Source: Eledone cirrhosa
Lineage: Eukaryota
DNA: 64,000 nt
Assembly (NCBI GenBank): GCA_964016885.1
Contig: OZ024747.1
Location: 47,616,001 to 47,680,000 of the forward strand
Direction of reading: 5' to 3'
Shown here in pieces: positions 12,297 through 25,268 of the stretch (the stretch's first letter is position 1; every line of letters starts with the position of its first letter). A program made the translations under genes and the position numbers. Below the pieces are notes generated by a model that saw only the letters and a list, made by a program, of their open reading frames with translations, ran no database searches and had not been told where the DNA came from.

Positions 12297-15200
12297 TCAT
12301 CATTTTTTTACGTCCGTTCTTCCATGCTAGCATGGGTTAGATAGGTTGTCCTGTTGTGGGCAGTGTCTGGTCGGCTGACCATGCCTTTCTCATACAGGAA
12401 CAGATTTTGGCTTGATTTCTACAGCTGGATGCCCTTCCTAACACCAACCTCATTTACAGTGAGTGCTGGGTGCTTTTTCCGTGGCGCCTATACGTCCACT
12501 TTACAGTGTGGGCTGGGTGCTTTTTTGCCGTGGCACCTCCACGACCACCTTGCAGTGGGAGGGTGTGGGGGAATATTGTCTATATGCTTCAGCTTGTACC
12601 CATGGGAGGTCGGGTACTCTGTATTACTGCATCACGCCAGAGGTCACGGTCGTGTGTCATCGCCTTTGAGAGGTGTAATTGGGTAAGTTCGGCTTTTATC
12701 ACCTCATCCCAGGTCTTCTTGGGTCTCCCCACTCCGCGGTCTCCATTGACTTCTAGTGCTCTGCACCTTTTTATGCAGCTGTCATCCTTCATACGCATCA
12801 CATGTCCATACCAATGCAACCACCTCTCCTGCACACAGCATTTGATTCCTCTTATGCTCAGTCATCATCATCATCATCATCTTCGTTTAACGTCCATATT
12901 CCACGCTTGCATGGGTTTGGACGGGAGTTTTCCCACTTGAGGCAAGAGTGGTTGTCTTGATCGCATAGGACTGTCTGTCGGGTTTTCTACGGCTGGATGC
13001 CCTTCATAACACCAACCACATTTACAGTGTGGACTGGGAGGTTTTTACCGTGTTACCTACACGGCCACATTACAGCGTGGACTGTGTGTTTTTTTGTCGT
13101 GACACCTACACGACCTCATTTGTTTCGAACTGGATGTTGTGGTACCAACATAACTTTACATTGAAAGGGGTGGTGTGGATGGGGTGGGGGTAGTGGAACG
13201 GGGGTGTATTTGTTAGAGGTGCCTACTGACTGTAGTAGGTTTCACTTTGCACTTAGGTAAGGCGGGTCTTCTCTATTACAGTGTAGCGCCAAAGATCTCG
13301 GTCCAGTGACATTCTCTTGGAGAGGTGTAAGTGTGTGAGGTTGGAATTTATCAAGTCGTCCCAGGTTTTTCTGGGTCTGCCTACTCCGTGGCTACCATCT
13401 ATTTTTATTGCCCTGCACTTTTTTATACAGCTGTCGTCTTTCATGCGCATCACGTGACCATACCAACGTAGTCTTCTCTCGAATAAACAACATCTGATCC
13501 CTCTTATTTCTAATTTTTCCCTTAGTTCGTTTATGCTTTGCCGTTCACGTATATTACTATTACACATCCAGCGGAGCATGCAAGCTTCGTTTCTCTCCAG
13601 TCTGCATATATCCTCTGCACACAATGCCCTGGTCTCACTGCTATGTAACATTGCTGTTCGTATGCAGGCATCATACAGCCTGCCTTTCATTTTTAGAGAG
13701 AACCCTTTAGCGGCCAATAGTGGTGTAAGCTCTCTGAACTTTTTCCATCCCGTTCTGACTCTAGCTACTGTACTTTCAGAGCACCCTCCACCACTGCTGA
13801 TTTTATCACCCAGGTAACGGAAGCTGTCCACTGTTTCTATAGAACCATCTGTGCAATGGAATGAGTTAGTATTCTGTGGGCACTTGCTGCTACTTATTGC
13901 ACCAGAGCACCAGCCACATATGAAATCTATATTCTTAGTTAGCTTACCTGTGATCCCACTACATCTTTTATGTACCCATACTTTGCATTTGGGACATAAA
14001 ATGGAGTTTCTACCTACTCCTTTCCTACACACTGAGCATGGCCATTTCCCAGATGGGACCGGTGCCCTATTTTCCTTCCTACAAACTAGAACTTTAGTCT
14101 TAGACAAGTTAACTTTAAGGTCTTTTTATTCTAGGCCATACGTCCATGTTTGGAATTTCTTTTCTAGTTCAGCCATTGATTCAGCTATGAGCGTTAGATC
14201 ATCTGCATATAGGAGTTCCCATGGGCAGCCGGTCTTGAACTCTTCTGTTATAGCCTGAAGGGCAATAATAAATAGTAGGGGGCTAAGGACGGAGCCCTGA
14301 TGAACACCAACTTTTACGCTAAACTCTTCACTATATTCGTTGTTAATTCTAACCTTGCTGACTCTTTCTTTATACATGGCTTGTATAGCTCTCACAAGCC
14401 ATTCATCAACACCTGGTTTTCTAAGGGCCCACCAGATAATCGAGCGGGGTACTTTGTCAAAGGCTTTCTCCAAGTCAACAAAAGCTAAGTATAGGGGTTT
14501 ACTTTTAGCTAGGTACTTCTCCTGTAGTTGTCGTACAATGAAAAGAGCGTCTGTTGTACTTTTACCTGACACAAACCCGAACTGCATTTCGTCTAGATCA
14601 ATTCGCTCTCTGATTAGTTGCGCTATTACTTTTTCTGTGACCTTCATGATCTGATCAATTAATTTAATGCCTCTATAGTTTCCCCTATCTAGGGCATCAC
14701 CTTTACCCTTGTAGCAGTTAATGATGATGCTGCTGCGCCAGTCCTTCGGAATGACCCCATTCTGTATGACTTGGTTTACTATCCGGGTGACCATAGTGTG
14801 TCCCACCGTTCCAGATGCTTTCAGCATTTCGGCAACTATTTCCGAAGGCCCGGCCGCCTTGCCCGTCTTCATGTCTTTGATCGCCTTACTTATTATACTA
14901 CCTTCAACTTGCACTTCTGGTCCCTCATTTAGTAGCCTTTCGCAGTGACACTTCCAAGCTACCTTCTTATCAGCGTCAGTGATGGCAAGTACACCATCAT
15001 CATTTAGGACACACTTCTCCCCAACAATATCACTGTTTTCCTTGACACATTGCCTAGCAATCCTGAACACCTCACGTTTTTGGTCCTCGCGTTGTAAAAC
15101 ATGCTTGAACTAGTCTCTCTCTCAATTCATTTATGCTTTGTCATTCGCGTATATTACTATTACACATCCATCGGAGCATGCAGGCTTCGTTTCTTTCTAA

Positions 15201-16670
15201 TCTACATAAGTCTTCCACCTTCAGCGCCCAGGTCTCACTACCATGTAATATTGCTGTTCGGATACATGCATCATACAGTCTGCCTTTCATTTTGAAGGAG
15301 AAGCCTTTTGCAGCTAGCAGTGGCAGTAGTTCCCTGAACTTCTTCCATCCCATTATTACCCTAGTTATTGTACTTTCTGAACACCCACCTCCGCTGCTAA
15401 TTCGGTTACCTAGGTAGCAGAAGCTGTCTACTGTTTCTACAGAGCCCTCCCAGAGATTGGTGGTACTTGTTTCCTGTGGCTGTTTGCTGCTTGCTGTCCC
15501 AGCACAGCTGCTGCATGTGAAGCCTACATTCTTAATTAAGCTTCCTGAGATCCCGCTACATCTCTTGTGTACCCATTGTTTGCATTTGGGGCAGAGAATG
15601 GAGTTCCTACCTACACCTTTCCTACATACTGAGCAAGTCCATTTCCCTGAGGGGATCTGGGTTCTGTTTTCTCGTCTACTTACAAGGACCTTAGTCTTTG
15701 TCATGTTGACTTTGAGACCCTTTCTTTCTAGTCCCTGCTTCCAAGTTTGGAATTTCTTCTCCAGTTCTACCATAGATTCATCTATAAGTACGAGGTCATC
15801 AGCATACAGGAGTTCCCATGGGCATCCGGTCTTAAACTCCTCCGTTATTGCCTGCAGGTCTATGATGAACAGGAGAGGGCTAAGAACAGAGCCCTGGTGG
15901 ACACCAACCTGTACGCTAAATTCCTCGCTATACTCATTGCTAATCCTAACTTTGCTGACTGCTCCCCCTATACATGGCTTGTACAGCTTTCACAAGCCAT
16001 TCATCTACTCCTAGTTTTCTAAGAGCCCACCAAATTACAACACGTGGAACTCTGTCAAAGGCTTTCTCGAGATCGACGAATCCAGGTAGAGTGGCTTACT
16101 TTTAGCTAGGTATTTTTCCTGTAACTGCCTCACAAGGAAGAGGGCATCAGTGGTGCCTCTTCCTGGTACAAACCCAAATTGCTTCTCATCTAGTCAACTG
16201 TGCTATAACTCTTTCTGTTACTTTCATGACCTGGTCCATCAGCTTTATACCTCTATAGTTTCCTCTATCTAGTGCATCACCTTTACCTTTGTAGCAGTTG
16301 ACAATGATGCTACTGCACCAATCTTTTGGTATGAGACATTCTAGTATTACCAGCTATACCCGATGGACCAGTTTCCTTCCCCATCTTCATATCTTTGATT
16401 GCCTTACTTACTACGCTGCTGCTGACTTGTACTGCTGGCCCCTCTATAGGGTCTACTTGGGGTAGGGTCTCTTCTTCCCATGCATTCTCCTCATTTAGTA
16501 ATCTATCATAATGGCTCTTCCATGCATCTTTCTTCTCAGCACTTGTGAGGGCAAGCTCACCTTTATTATTCTGGATACAATTCTCTCCAATGACATCACA
16601 ATTCTCTCTGACACACTGCCTCGCAATCTTGAACACCTCCTGTTTCTGGTCCTCACGTTGCAAAACATGC

Positions 16671-16675
<5 letters not shown>
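12295..16675 (-). mobile_element. RTE LINE family B, 5'-truncated, split by a nested family A copy
   Basis: 3' part 12295-12861 has a (CAT)n tail and RWLHWYGHVMRM. It resumes at ~15112 and runs through the RT to FKHVLQREDQK, ending at (TA)n. Confidence 0.85.
12862..15111 (-). mobile_element. RTE LINE family A, 5'-truncated, nested
   Basis: RT motifs NYRGIKL, FVDLEKAFD, GVHQGSVLSP, LYADD, FRYLG; PHD finger; 3' UTR with GACGTTAAAC(GAT)n tail. Confidence 0.92.
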
Positions 16676-16715
<40 letters not shown>

Positions 16716-16751
16716 TGTGTGTATGTATGTATGTATGTATGTATGTATGTA

Positions 16752-17104
16752 TGTTGATGATTGGATACCAATGATGGTATCCAATGATGTTGACTTGTTC
16801 TTCTTTTTGGTAAATATCATCTTGGTTAAGAGAGTGGGACTGGCTTTGTGCAGTGCCTTTGCTCACTATAAAAGCTTCACGGCACAGGCATTGCTTTATA
16901 TCTGGAGATCTCTCTGCACTTGTCGTCACATGGTACCATGGGCCCAGCACTATGTGTCAGTAATTGTCACAAGTGTAGTGTTTGTACCAGAGTTTTCAAG
17001 TCGCTGGCTGGACTAAAAAGTCACACTCGTTCAGCGCATCGGTAGGGGTTCTCCTACATGGATATAAAGTAGTGGCCGTACTCGAAAACGAGTTGGCAGC
17101 CACC
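16752..17104 (-). mobile_element. Possible Penelope GIY-YIG C-terminal remnant between (TATG)n tracts
   Basis: Minus translation WYHVTT..REAFIV..SLNQDD resembles the W..V.I..(K/R)EA.I..LN.D end of Penelope endonucleases. The same microsatellite flanks both sides. Confidence 0.3.
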
Positions 17105-18172
17105 ATGTATGTATGTATGTATGTATGTATGTATGTATGTATGTATGTATGTATGTATGTATATATCTATATATGTGTGTATGAGTGTATGTATGTATAT
17201 ATATATGGAGTAACAAAATTGTGGGTGTTGTACCTCCATCAGTTTAGTTGCAACAATACGTGTTCAAACTGTTTGATCAATAGAACACCCTGCTCATTAA
17301 ATTACTGTGTAAGTGGCTGAGCATTCCACAGTTACAAAATGAATCAGTCAGACACAGTGTGTGACTGGCTCTTTGAATTGCTGGTACAATTCATTTCCAT
17401 CAGCTCACTGACCCAGATCAACATGATAAAAAGTGCCTTCGTCACAACAACATACCAGGTATTAAACTCTAACACCCTTAACCACTAGATCATATACTTC
17501 CTTGTGTGAGTGTGTGTGTGTTAATTAGATATCAATAAGTAAAACAACAATAAGTGTTTTAAGACCAACTTCCCTGCTAATATGTGTGTTGACTTTGCAG
17601 TCACTATGATAGTCTTCTAATCATACTGATCCTTGTTTCTCTTTATTAACTGTTTTATAGTAAGATTTACTTCTTGAAACTAACCATTTAGTTGCTTCTT
17701 ATGAGGCACAAGGATATAGTGTATCTATTCTAAAACCAACATTCAAACATGCAGAGAACAGGAAGACAAACAAATACCAGGGCTTGTCCAGCCGCTTCCT
17801 CTTTGCACTGGTTACCATTGAGACCTCAGACATCCTCTAACCCCATACTTCCGAGCACTTCCACTAAATTGGAACGTCAGCATTGCATCTGAGGAAGGAG
17901 CACTGTGAGGTGGGGTAGCTGTTGCAGTGAGTGTCACTGGTCATTATCCACTATGTGTCAAGATTCTACCCCTAGAAGAATTAAGAGCCTTTTATTTTAC
18001 CACCATGAAAATCAATAACAAGAGCAAATAGAGTGTAATTGGAATTTCTCATATAGTAAAATAGACAATTCCAAGAAGAAATGACAATTCTTCACATGAA
18101 ATAGTATAAGCAAATATTAGTTTGTAAATAAATAATACTTGCACATAGCTGTGTTGCTTTTGTTAATTTCAG

Positions 18173-18282
18173 GATCTATTTTGAACCAGGAAGTTAAAGA
18201 TATCTCTCTTGAATTAGCATATAAACAATTACAAAATGCAATTGCTCAGGGTCTTTTTGTTTTTACTGTTAATGCTGGAAAT
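18173..18282 (+). CDS. Host exon 6 (SILNQEVKDISLELAYKQLQNAIAQGLFVFTVNAGN)
   Basis: tttcag|GA...AAT|gtaag; phase 1-0; paralogous to exon 16. Confidence 0.85.
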
Positions 18283-19055
18283 GTAAGTAGCTTTCTTTTC
18301 AAATTGCTTTTAATTTTATTTTCAGCCTTTTAACTTCTGTCAATCAAATAGTAAACATAGTTTCAGACAAAGTAAATAAAGTAAATTTGATCAAAATATC
18401 TCCTACAAAAGTGAAACATAAAAAATGTCACAAACACTCAATAGGTGGCATATACATGAATGTTTTTATCCATGTATTTGCACGGTCATATAAATCATCA
18501 TCATCATCATCTTCATCCTTCTCCTCCTTCTCCTCCTCATCATCATCATGAAAAATGATAATGAAAATTATTGTGTACAGGGCTCAGGTGCACTACAACT
18601 CATCAAAGGTTCGTGTATAGTACATAGAATAATGTACAATGATCATCATCGTTTAACGCCACTTTTCCATGTTAGCAAGGGGTGAACGGGTCTACATAGA
18701 CCAAGTCAGTACTGAAAAAGAGATATTGACCTCCCAGATAAGCCCGGTGTGTTTGCATCTTGCTTATGTACAGTCTTTATAGAATGCACAGAACATACAC
18801 AGAAGTGGTAAAAATATGTTCCATTCTATGATACTATAAGTCACCTGTTCTAAAATAGATAAGGAAATATCAGAGGTATTTAAAATATATAAGATCAAAC
18901 TGGAACATAAGTAATTTGGAATTCTATATTAGCCATGAAGCAACTCAGGTGACATACTGAGCCTTTCTGATAGTCTGAATTTGTGTATTTTAGCAAGCTA
19001 AGTTATGTGTATATATATGTGTGTGTGTGTACACACACACATATATACATATATT

Positions 19056-19140
<85 letters not shown>

Positions 19141-19287
19141 GTTAAAATACTGGAGTGTGTTGGAGTTAAACACCCTCTTCGTATTATAGAAATGACAGTA
19201 AAAGGTATAGCTCAATGTAGTTAAACAGAGCCGAAAAATTAAGAGAGTAAAACAAAGAAGCCTTCAATACATCAAAAGTCTTTATTA

Positions 19288-19325
19288 GCCGACAATGCTT
19301 CGTCCTATTAAGGACTCATCAGGGC
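19288..19325 (-). ncRNA. Minimal type I hammerhead ribozyme (core variant GAAG)
   Basis: Minus strand GCC-CUGAUGA-GUCCU-UAAU-AGGAC-GAAG-CAUU-GUC-GGC. Confidence 0.75.
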
Positions 19326-21129
19326 AATTAAAACAACAAGAAGTAATATCGGCAGATACAAGCCGGAAGCTCCGAAGAATATGGAGTGTACATACACTAA
19401 AGTATTGCAAAAATATATAATAAAAATAATAAAAATATATAATAAAAATTACTAGGGATGTATATAACATTAAGAACCATATTACAAATATAGTCCAAAG
19501 TAAAAAAACCTAGAGCTAAACAAAGGTGGTTATATAGAGCAGGAATTATATATAATACAATGTAATATAATATAATATAATATAATATACCTTTACCAAC
19601 ACTAAAATTACAATAAAAATCAAAAGGTACAATATGCATATGTATATATGTGCGCACACATACACACACATACACATACAACAATACACACATCCATCTT
19701 CAACTGCACAAATTAAACCTTATTAAGAGTTTGAATATAAAAATAGGCATGATAGGAATGAAAATAATAATAATAATAATATTAATACATCTACCCAATA
19801 TACATGAGGTAATAATATGATATAATTATAAGTAGCACATATAATAAATAATAAATAATACAATTATATACTATATAATACAATATAATAGGATAGATAA
19901 TCTCTGGTTAATTTACACAAACAATATAGATGTCACAATAATAATATAATAATAATATATTAACATTTACAATATACAATATACTAACATTTATAATAAA
20001 CAATATAAAGGTACTCAAGTTAACAAATCAATTCATACTGGGTTACAGAGTAGGTGAGGAAAAATAAATTGTACAATACCTCAAAAAAATGTTGATGGTA
20101 CAAAAGTACAAACATCTTACATGATATATAAAGTTTAACATATCATAATGTTACATATAATTAACGGTAAGTAATAAGGATCAATATTACAATCAAAAAT
20201 ACAATATAATATAATATATCATATAAAATAAATTAATATAATATAATATATAATTACTTATAATTACAAGGTTGGTAGACAGACATGTATATGGATGAGT
20301 GAGTAAGTGCCAGACAGTAAATATAATGCACAGTAGTATTACAAATAAAATATAAAATATAAAATATAGAATAAAATAAATAAATAAATAGAATCAACCG
20401 GAAATTAAAAAACAAAAACAAACGTATACATTTAGGTCTCACATGTAGTTAAATAAAAACTAAGGAAACAACACCTGTAAATGACTCGAAAACCCTATTT
20501 GATAAATTAATATTAAAAATATTTAAACTATCCAATAAGGCAGTATAATATTGGCTATAGTTTAAGTCATTAAAGTTTATAAACGTTAATATTTCGTTAC
20601 AAATGTTTACAAAAAGGAATGAAATTTTTTTATTATCATATACATAACGATATCTAAAGAACTGACTTAAGCAGAATTAAGGTAGGCTAATAGGGACAGA
20701 AATGAAGAAATATATGGAGGATGCAAAGGGGCATAAAATATAGTCGATATACTATATTACATAATAGAAAGGAGCGTAAAAGAGGGGGGGGGGGGTTAAA
20801 TATAATATAATCATAGTCAATTTGGAGGGGTTGACAATAAGTTTATGTGCGCAAGGGGGGAGGGGGGTTCCAAAGAAGAATCCGAATAAAAATAAAAATA
20901 AAAATAAGAATAAAATAAAATAAATAGCGTAAAATATATAATCTTATATACATTCATAAGGTGTAATAGTGAAAATTTAATGCGTAAGAAGATAGATATG
21001 GTACAGTAGCCAAAAGATTATGAGAGCTAGAATAAAGAGTCATCAAAAACCAATGATAATAATGATGATAATAATAATGTTGGCAAACAAAAGAACCTAA
21101 ACTAAAAAATAAATAATGGAATATATCAG

Positions 21130-23760
21130 CTAATGGGTACAATTTGTACTACTAGAACGTTTAGGTTTATAATAAAAGTATGAATTAGAAATAGCGTGGG
21201 GGCAAGAAGAGAATATCTCAGACTTTCTATTAAGTAAAGATGCGCTAGAGAAGATTATAGAGTGTGTCTCGAGGATACAGAGATTACAAAACTTAGTATG
21301 TGTAGCAAGGTGGTTAGAGCGTGCTACTAAACGCCAGTTAAGGCTATATGGTATATTAGCTCCCTTAAGATCCCAGATATAATGTGCTAAAGAAGTAGAA
21401 TTCTTAAACTTAACATGCTTGAAATTAGAGATATGAGAGTTAAACCTAGTCTTAAAAGTGTTAGATGTAGAGCCTATATAAGTTCTATTAGAGGAATTAG
21501 TTATAACTTCGCAAGCATAGACAATGTTCTTAGAAAGGCAGTTACCGTTTAAAGGGCAGTTAGCACTCACTCTACAATTGCACTTCCGGGTGTTATTGGT
21601 TGATTCAAGTGGTGATACATTACACGTAGGATTGCTATTAGATAAGGACTGTTCTGGTGGTAATGCATTGTCAGATCTGTTCAGACTAGTAGTATGTAGA
21701 GAGGAGAATCCATCCCTAATTTTCCTATTGTTAGTGCTAGCTAAATGAGAACTAATATTAGGGGTGGTAGAGAATGAAAGTTTAATAACATTTTTATTAA
21801 AAATACTATGGTATTTATGAGAAGGGGGGAAATTTTTCTCTAAGATAGAGAAGAAAGACCTAGGGATATTAGTTGATACTTCCTGATTATATGGCGGGTT
21901 AAAATAAGTATTTAATCGCCTTCTATTTTTATTCTTACCTACTCTACCATTATCAAATATCCCACCATCGAGACTAGGGTTACTACAAGGATTAGTTAAA
22001 GCCGCATTCATAGAATCAGCCAAAATTTCATTAAGTCTAATACAGTTTCTACCTCCTGCTGCTGTCCGGAATCCCATCATAAGGATTAGGGCCAATGATG
22101 GGATCAGTAGGAGCAACATTATTAGAATAAGATCCAGCAAAATTATCACCACGCTCAGGGGGTTCAACTAGTTTCCTAGAGGTATTATATTCACTATTAC
22201 GGGTCCGGTGGGTTAACTTATGGATGGGTTCAGATACACTATATAATTTTTACGGTTACTATGTTTGCTACTCCCATTCATGGCCATGTTATGTGATATT
22301 ATGTTATTATTATTAAAAGTAGACGGAGACTTTCTAAGGTTACTATTATTATAGTGTATTTTACTAGAGTAACCTGAATTTGCTAGGGCATTATTATAGT
22401 ACTACGCATGTTCATTAAATGTTCCTACGTCCTTAGAGAGTGTGGAAATCCTATTAGATACACCCTTAATTATAGAGCTTATCATAGACTTGGAGTGGTT
22501 AGAATTGAGACTAACATAAGAAAGTATTTCATTAGGCTTATGGAAGGGTTTAAAACTATTAGTGACCAAGTCCAAAGTCACATCTAAAAAGTTAACCGCT
22601 CTATCATTTCTATCTATCGTGATCGAAAGGTTATAGCTTTTAAAAAACTTATAAAGCTTCTTCTTATTATGTTCTACATTGTTGGTGCTAGAGTTAATTA
22701 CAAACAATGCATCATCACGATATAGTCCGCCTATAAGGTGCGGGAAGGTAGCATATAGTTCATTAAGGAGGAACAACCCAACAAGATCAGTAACCTGGGC
22801 CGAATCACTCGAACCCATTGTAACGTCGAAATTATTGGGCGTGTGTTTACGGGTCCAAAATGTGTCCTCAAATTTAATAGTTTTACGGGCTGCTAGTATA
22901 ATATCTACCTGTGATCGTGTAAGGCTGGACACTCTCATGGCCAACATTAAAGCTTTATTGAGGAGGATGGGTGAAATTGATGTGTAGTAGGTATCAATAT
23001 CGAATTGGATAAACTTATTAGATTCAAGTCTATTAATCCCGGAGAACCAATCTATAACTTCCTTAGTGTTCCCCCATAGGTTAAAATTAACCTTATCCCT
23101 AACATCTGGTATAATAAGGTCAAGGATTTTTTTACTGATAATGGCTATATCAGACTTAGAAGGACAGATGAGTCTAACAGAGGGGTTACTAATAAAATCA
23201 ACCTTATGATCCTTAAGAGTGAATCTCGGTTCTCGAGGGTAATATGGCTGGGTATACTTATCAAGGCCGAGGTCAGAGACAATTCTAAGGCCATCACTAT
23301 TGATGTGGTTCAAATTCTCAAGCGTAGTTTTTTTATAGTTTCTATGCAGCTCCTTATAAATAAAGTCGCGGTAAGCACTATAATCCATGGAGTATAGATT
23401 CTTAGTCTTATCTGCCGGGACAAGAATGGACTTATTCTCACCGAAACCCTTAACAATATTTTTAAGTCTAGACTGGAACTTATCAAAATTATTATAATTT
23501 CTATGTCTATTATTTGGCCTATACCTAATATTTTTGACAAGAGAGAGTAAGTCACTTTCAAACTATCTAACAGAATATTGTGTGGTGGGCTCTTATAAGT
23601 TTTGAAGTTATTAAAATTAGTTCTATTCCTGGGGTCCTTCCTATTCTTATTATTATCATAGTGGAAAGCACGCCATCTAATCCTTTTTACAAAGGAGTTA
23701 ACACTAGCTATCAATAGTTTTTCGTAAGTATTCTTAGAGGGGTGGGAATATTCTTCAGAG
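21130..23760 (-). pseudogene. Penelope RT-GIY-YIG ORF, disrupted (frameshifts; TAG at 22402)
   Basis: Track ORFs 23310-23714, 22402-23388 and 21130-22167. Motifs RWRAF, YFNPPY, CNCR..CPLNGNC, NIVY..YIGST, CNLC..E, LLNRKSE..CPH. Confidence 0.88.
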
Positions 23761-24491
23761 ATAAAGGCAGGTAACTCTTTGTTAGCATACTCTCAGATAT
23801 ATATATATAAAGGCCAAAATACCAGTATATATGAGGAAGCTCAACCGATCGGGTTGTTTTACTCTCTTAATTTTTTGGCTCTGTTTAACTACATTGAGCT
23901 ATACCTTTTACTGTCATTTCTATAATACGAAGAGGGTGTTTAACTCCAACACACTCCAGTATTTTAACCCTTGTTACTGCTCCCGATCGGTTGAGCTTCC
24001 TCATATATACATGTATATTGGGTAGATGTATTAGTATTATTATTATTATTATTTTCATTCCTATCATGCCTATTTTTATATTCAAACTCTTAATAAGGTT
24101 TAATTTGTGCAGTTGAAGATGGATGTGTGTATTGTTGTATGTGTATGTGTGTGTACGTGTGCGCACATATATACATATGCATATTGTACCTTTTGATTTT
24201 TATTGTAATTTTAGTGTCGGTAAAGGTATATTATATTATATTATATTATATTACATTGTATTATATATAATTCCTGCTGTATATAACCACCTTTGTTCAG
24301 CTCTAGGTTTTTTTTACTTTGGACTATATTTGTAATATGGTTCTTAATGTTATATACATCCCTAGTAATTTTTATTATATATTTTTATTATTTTTATTAT
24401 ATATTTTTGCAATACTTTAGTGTATGTACACTCCATATTCTTCGGAGCTTCCGGCTTGTATCTGCCGATATTACTTCTTGTTGTTTTAATT

Positions 24492-24529
24492 GCCCTGATG
24501 AGTCCTCAATAGGACGAAACATTGTCGGC
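24492..24529 (+). ncRNA. Minimal type I hammerhead ribozyme, intact core
   Basis: GCC-CUGAUGA-GUCCU-CAAU-AGGAC-GAAA-CAUU-GUC^GGC; predicted cleavage after C24526; followed by AATAAA. Confidence 0.85.
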
Positions 24530-24574
24530 TAATAAAGACTTTTGATGTATTGAAGGCTTCTTTGTTTTACTCTC

Positions 24575-24643
<69 letters not shown>

Positions 24644-24986
24644 GCATATATATGATGGCATAGTGCAACATCGTTGAAGAGATAAAATGTATTTGTTGAT
24701 TTTATAAGATCAAAAATGTGTTTAAGAGTAACACAACATGATACAAAGAGAAATAGGACAGATTTTTAAGATTAGAACAGAACAGAGAGACACTGGAAAA
24801 TTCTAATTCGAAAACAAACAACAAATCAAAAATAGCTGAACCAGCATAGAGCAAAAATAGAAATTGAACAGCATTGGAGGAGGGGAAGGGTTCATTGTAG
24901 TCAAAGAACCATAGAGAAAAATGAAAATCATTTTAACAAATTAAAGCAGGGACTAGATCTGCAGGCCTTGTGACAAGCTTCCCCAT

Positions 24987-25268
24987 TTTGCCTGCATCTC
25001 ATCGCCTACGTCTTATTGCCTACATCTCATTGCCTGCATCTCATTGCCTGCATCTCATTGCCTGCATCTCATTGCCTGCATCTTATTGCCTGCATCTCAT
25101 TGCCTACATTTCATTGCCTGCATCTCATTGCCTGCATCTCATTGCCTGCATCTCATTGCCTGCATCTCATTGCCTACATCTCATTTCCTGCATCTCATTG
25201 CCTGCATCTCATTGCCTGCATCTCATTGCCTGCATCTCATTGCCTGCATCTCATTGCCTGCATCTCAT
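24987..25268 (+). repeat. 14-bp minisatellite (ATTGCCTGCATCTC), ~20 copies
   Basis: Direct tandem repeats visible. Confidence 0.95.

Larger units (their letters stand above)
19137..24578 (-). mobile_element. Penelope-like retroelement (Hydra-clade-like), near full length, inverted pseudo-LTRs, inserted in (TA)n
   Basis: RT motifs LKDHK, RLICPSKSD, QFDIDTYY, TMGS, GLYRDD, FLDV plus a C-terminal GIY-YIG. Segment 19138-19806 is inverted against 23853-24578. (TA)n on both flanks. Confidence 0.92.

Noticed and set aside
13533-16022. Plus-strand ORFs overlapping the RTE copies (and equivalents opposite other LINEs)
   Set aside because: Antisense shadows of RT coding sequence with no independent motifs.
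22402-22404. Selenocysteine recoding in the Penelope ORF (known for some Naiad elements)
   Set aside because: The in-frame stop is TAG, not TGA; the endonuclease is C-terminal; and the ORF also has frameshifts.
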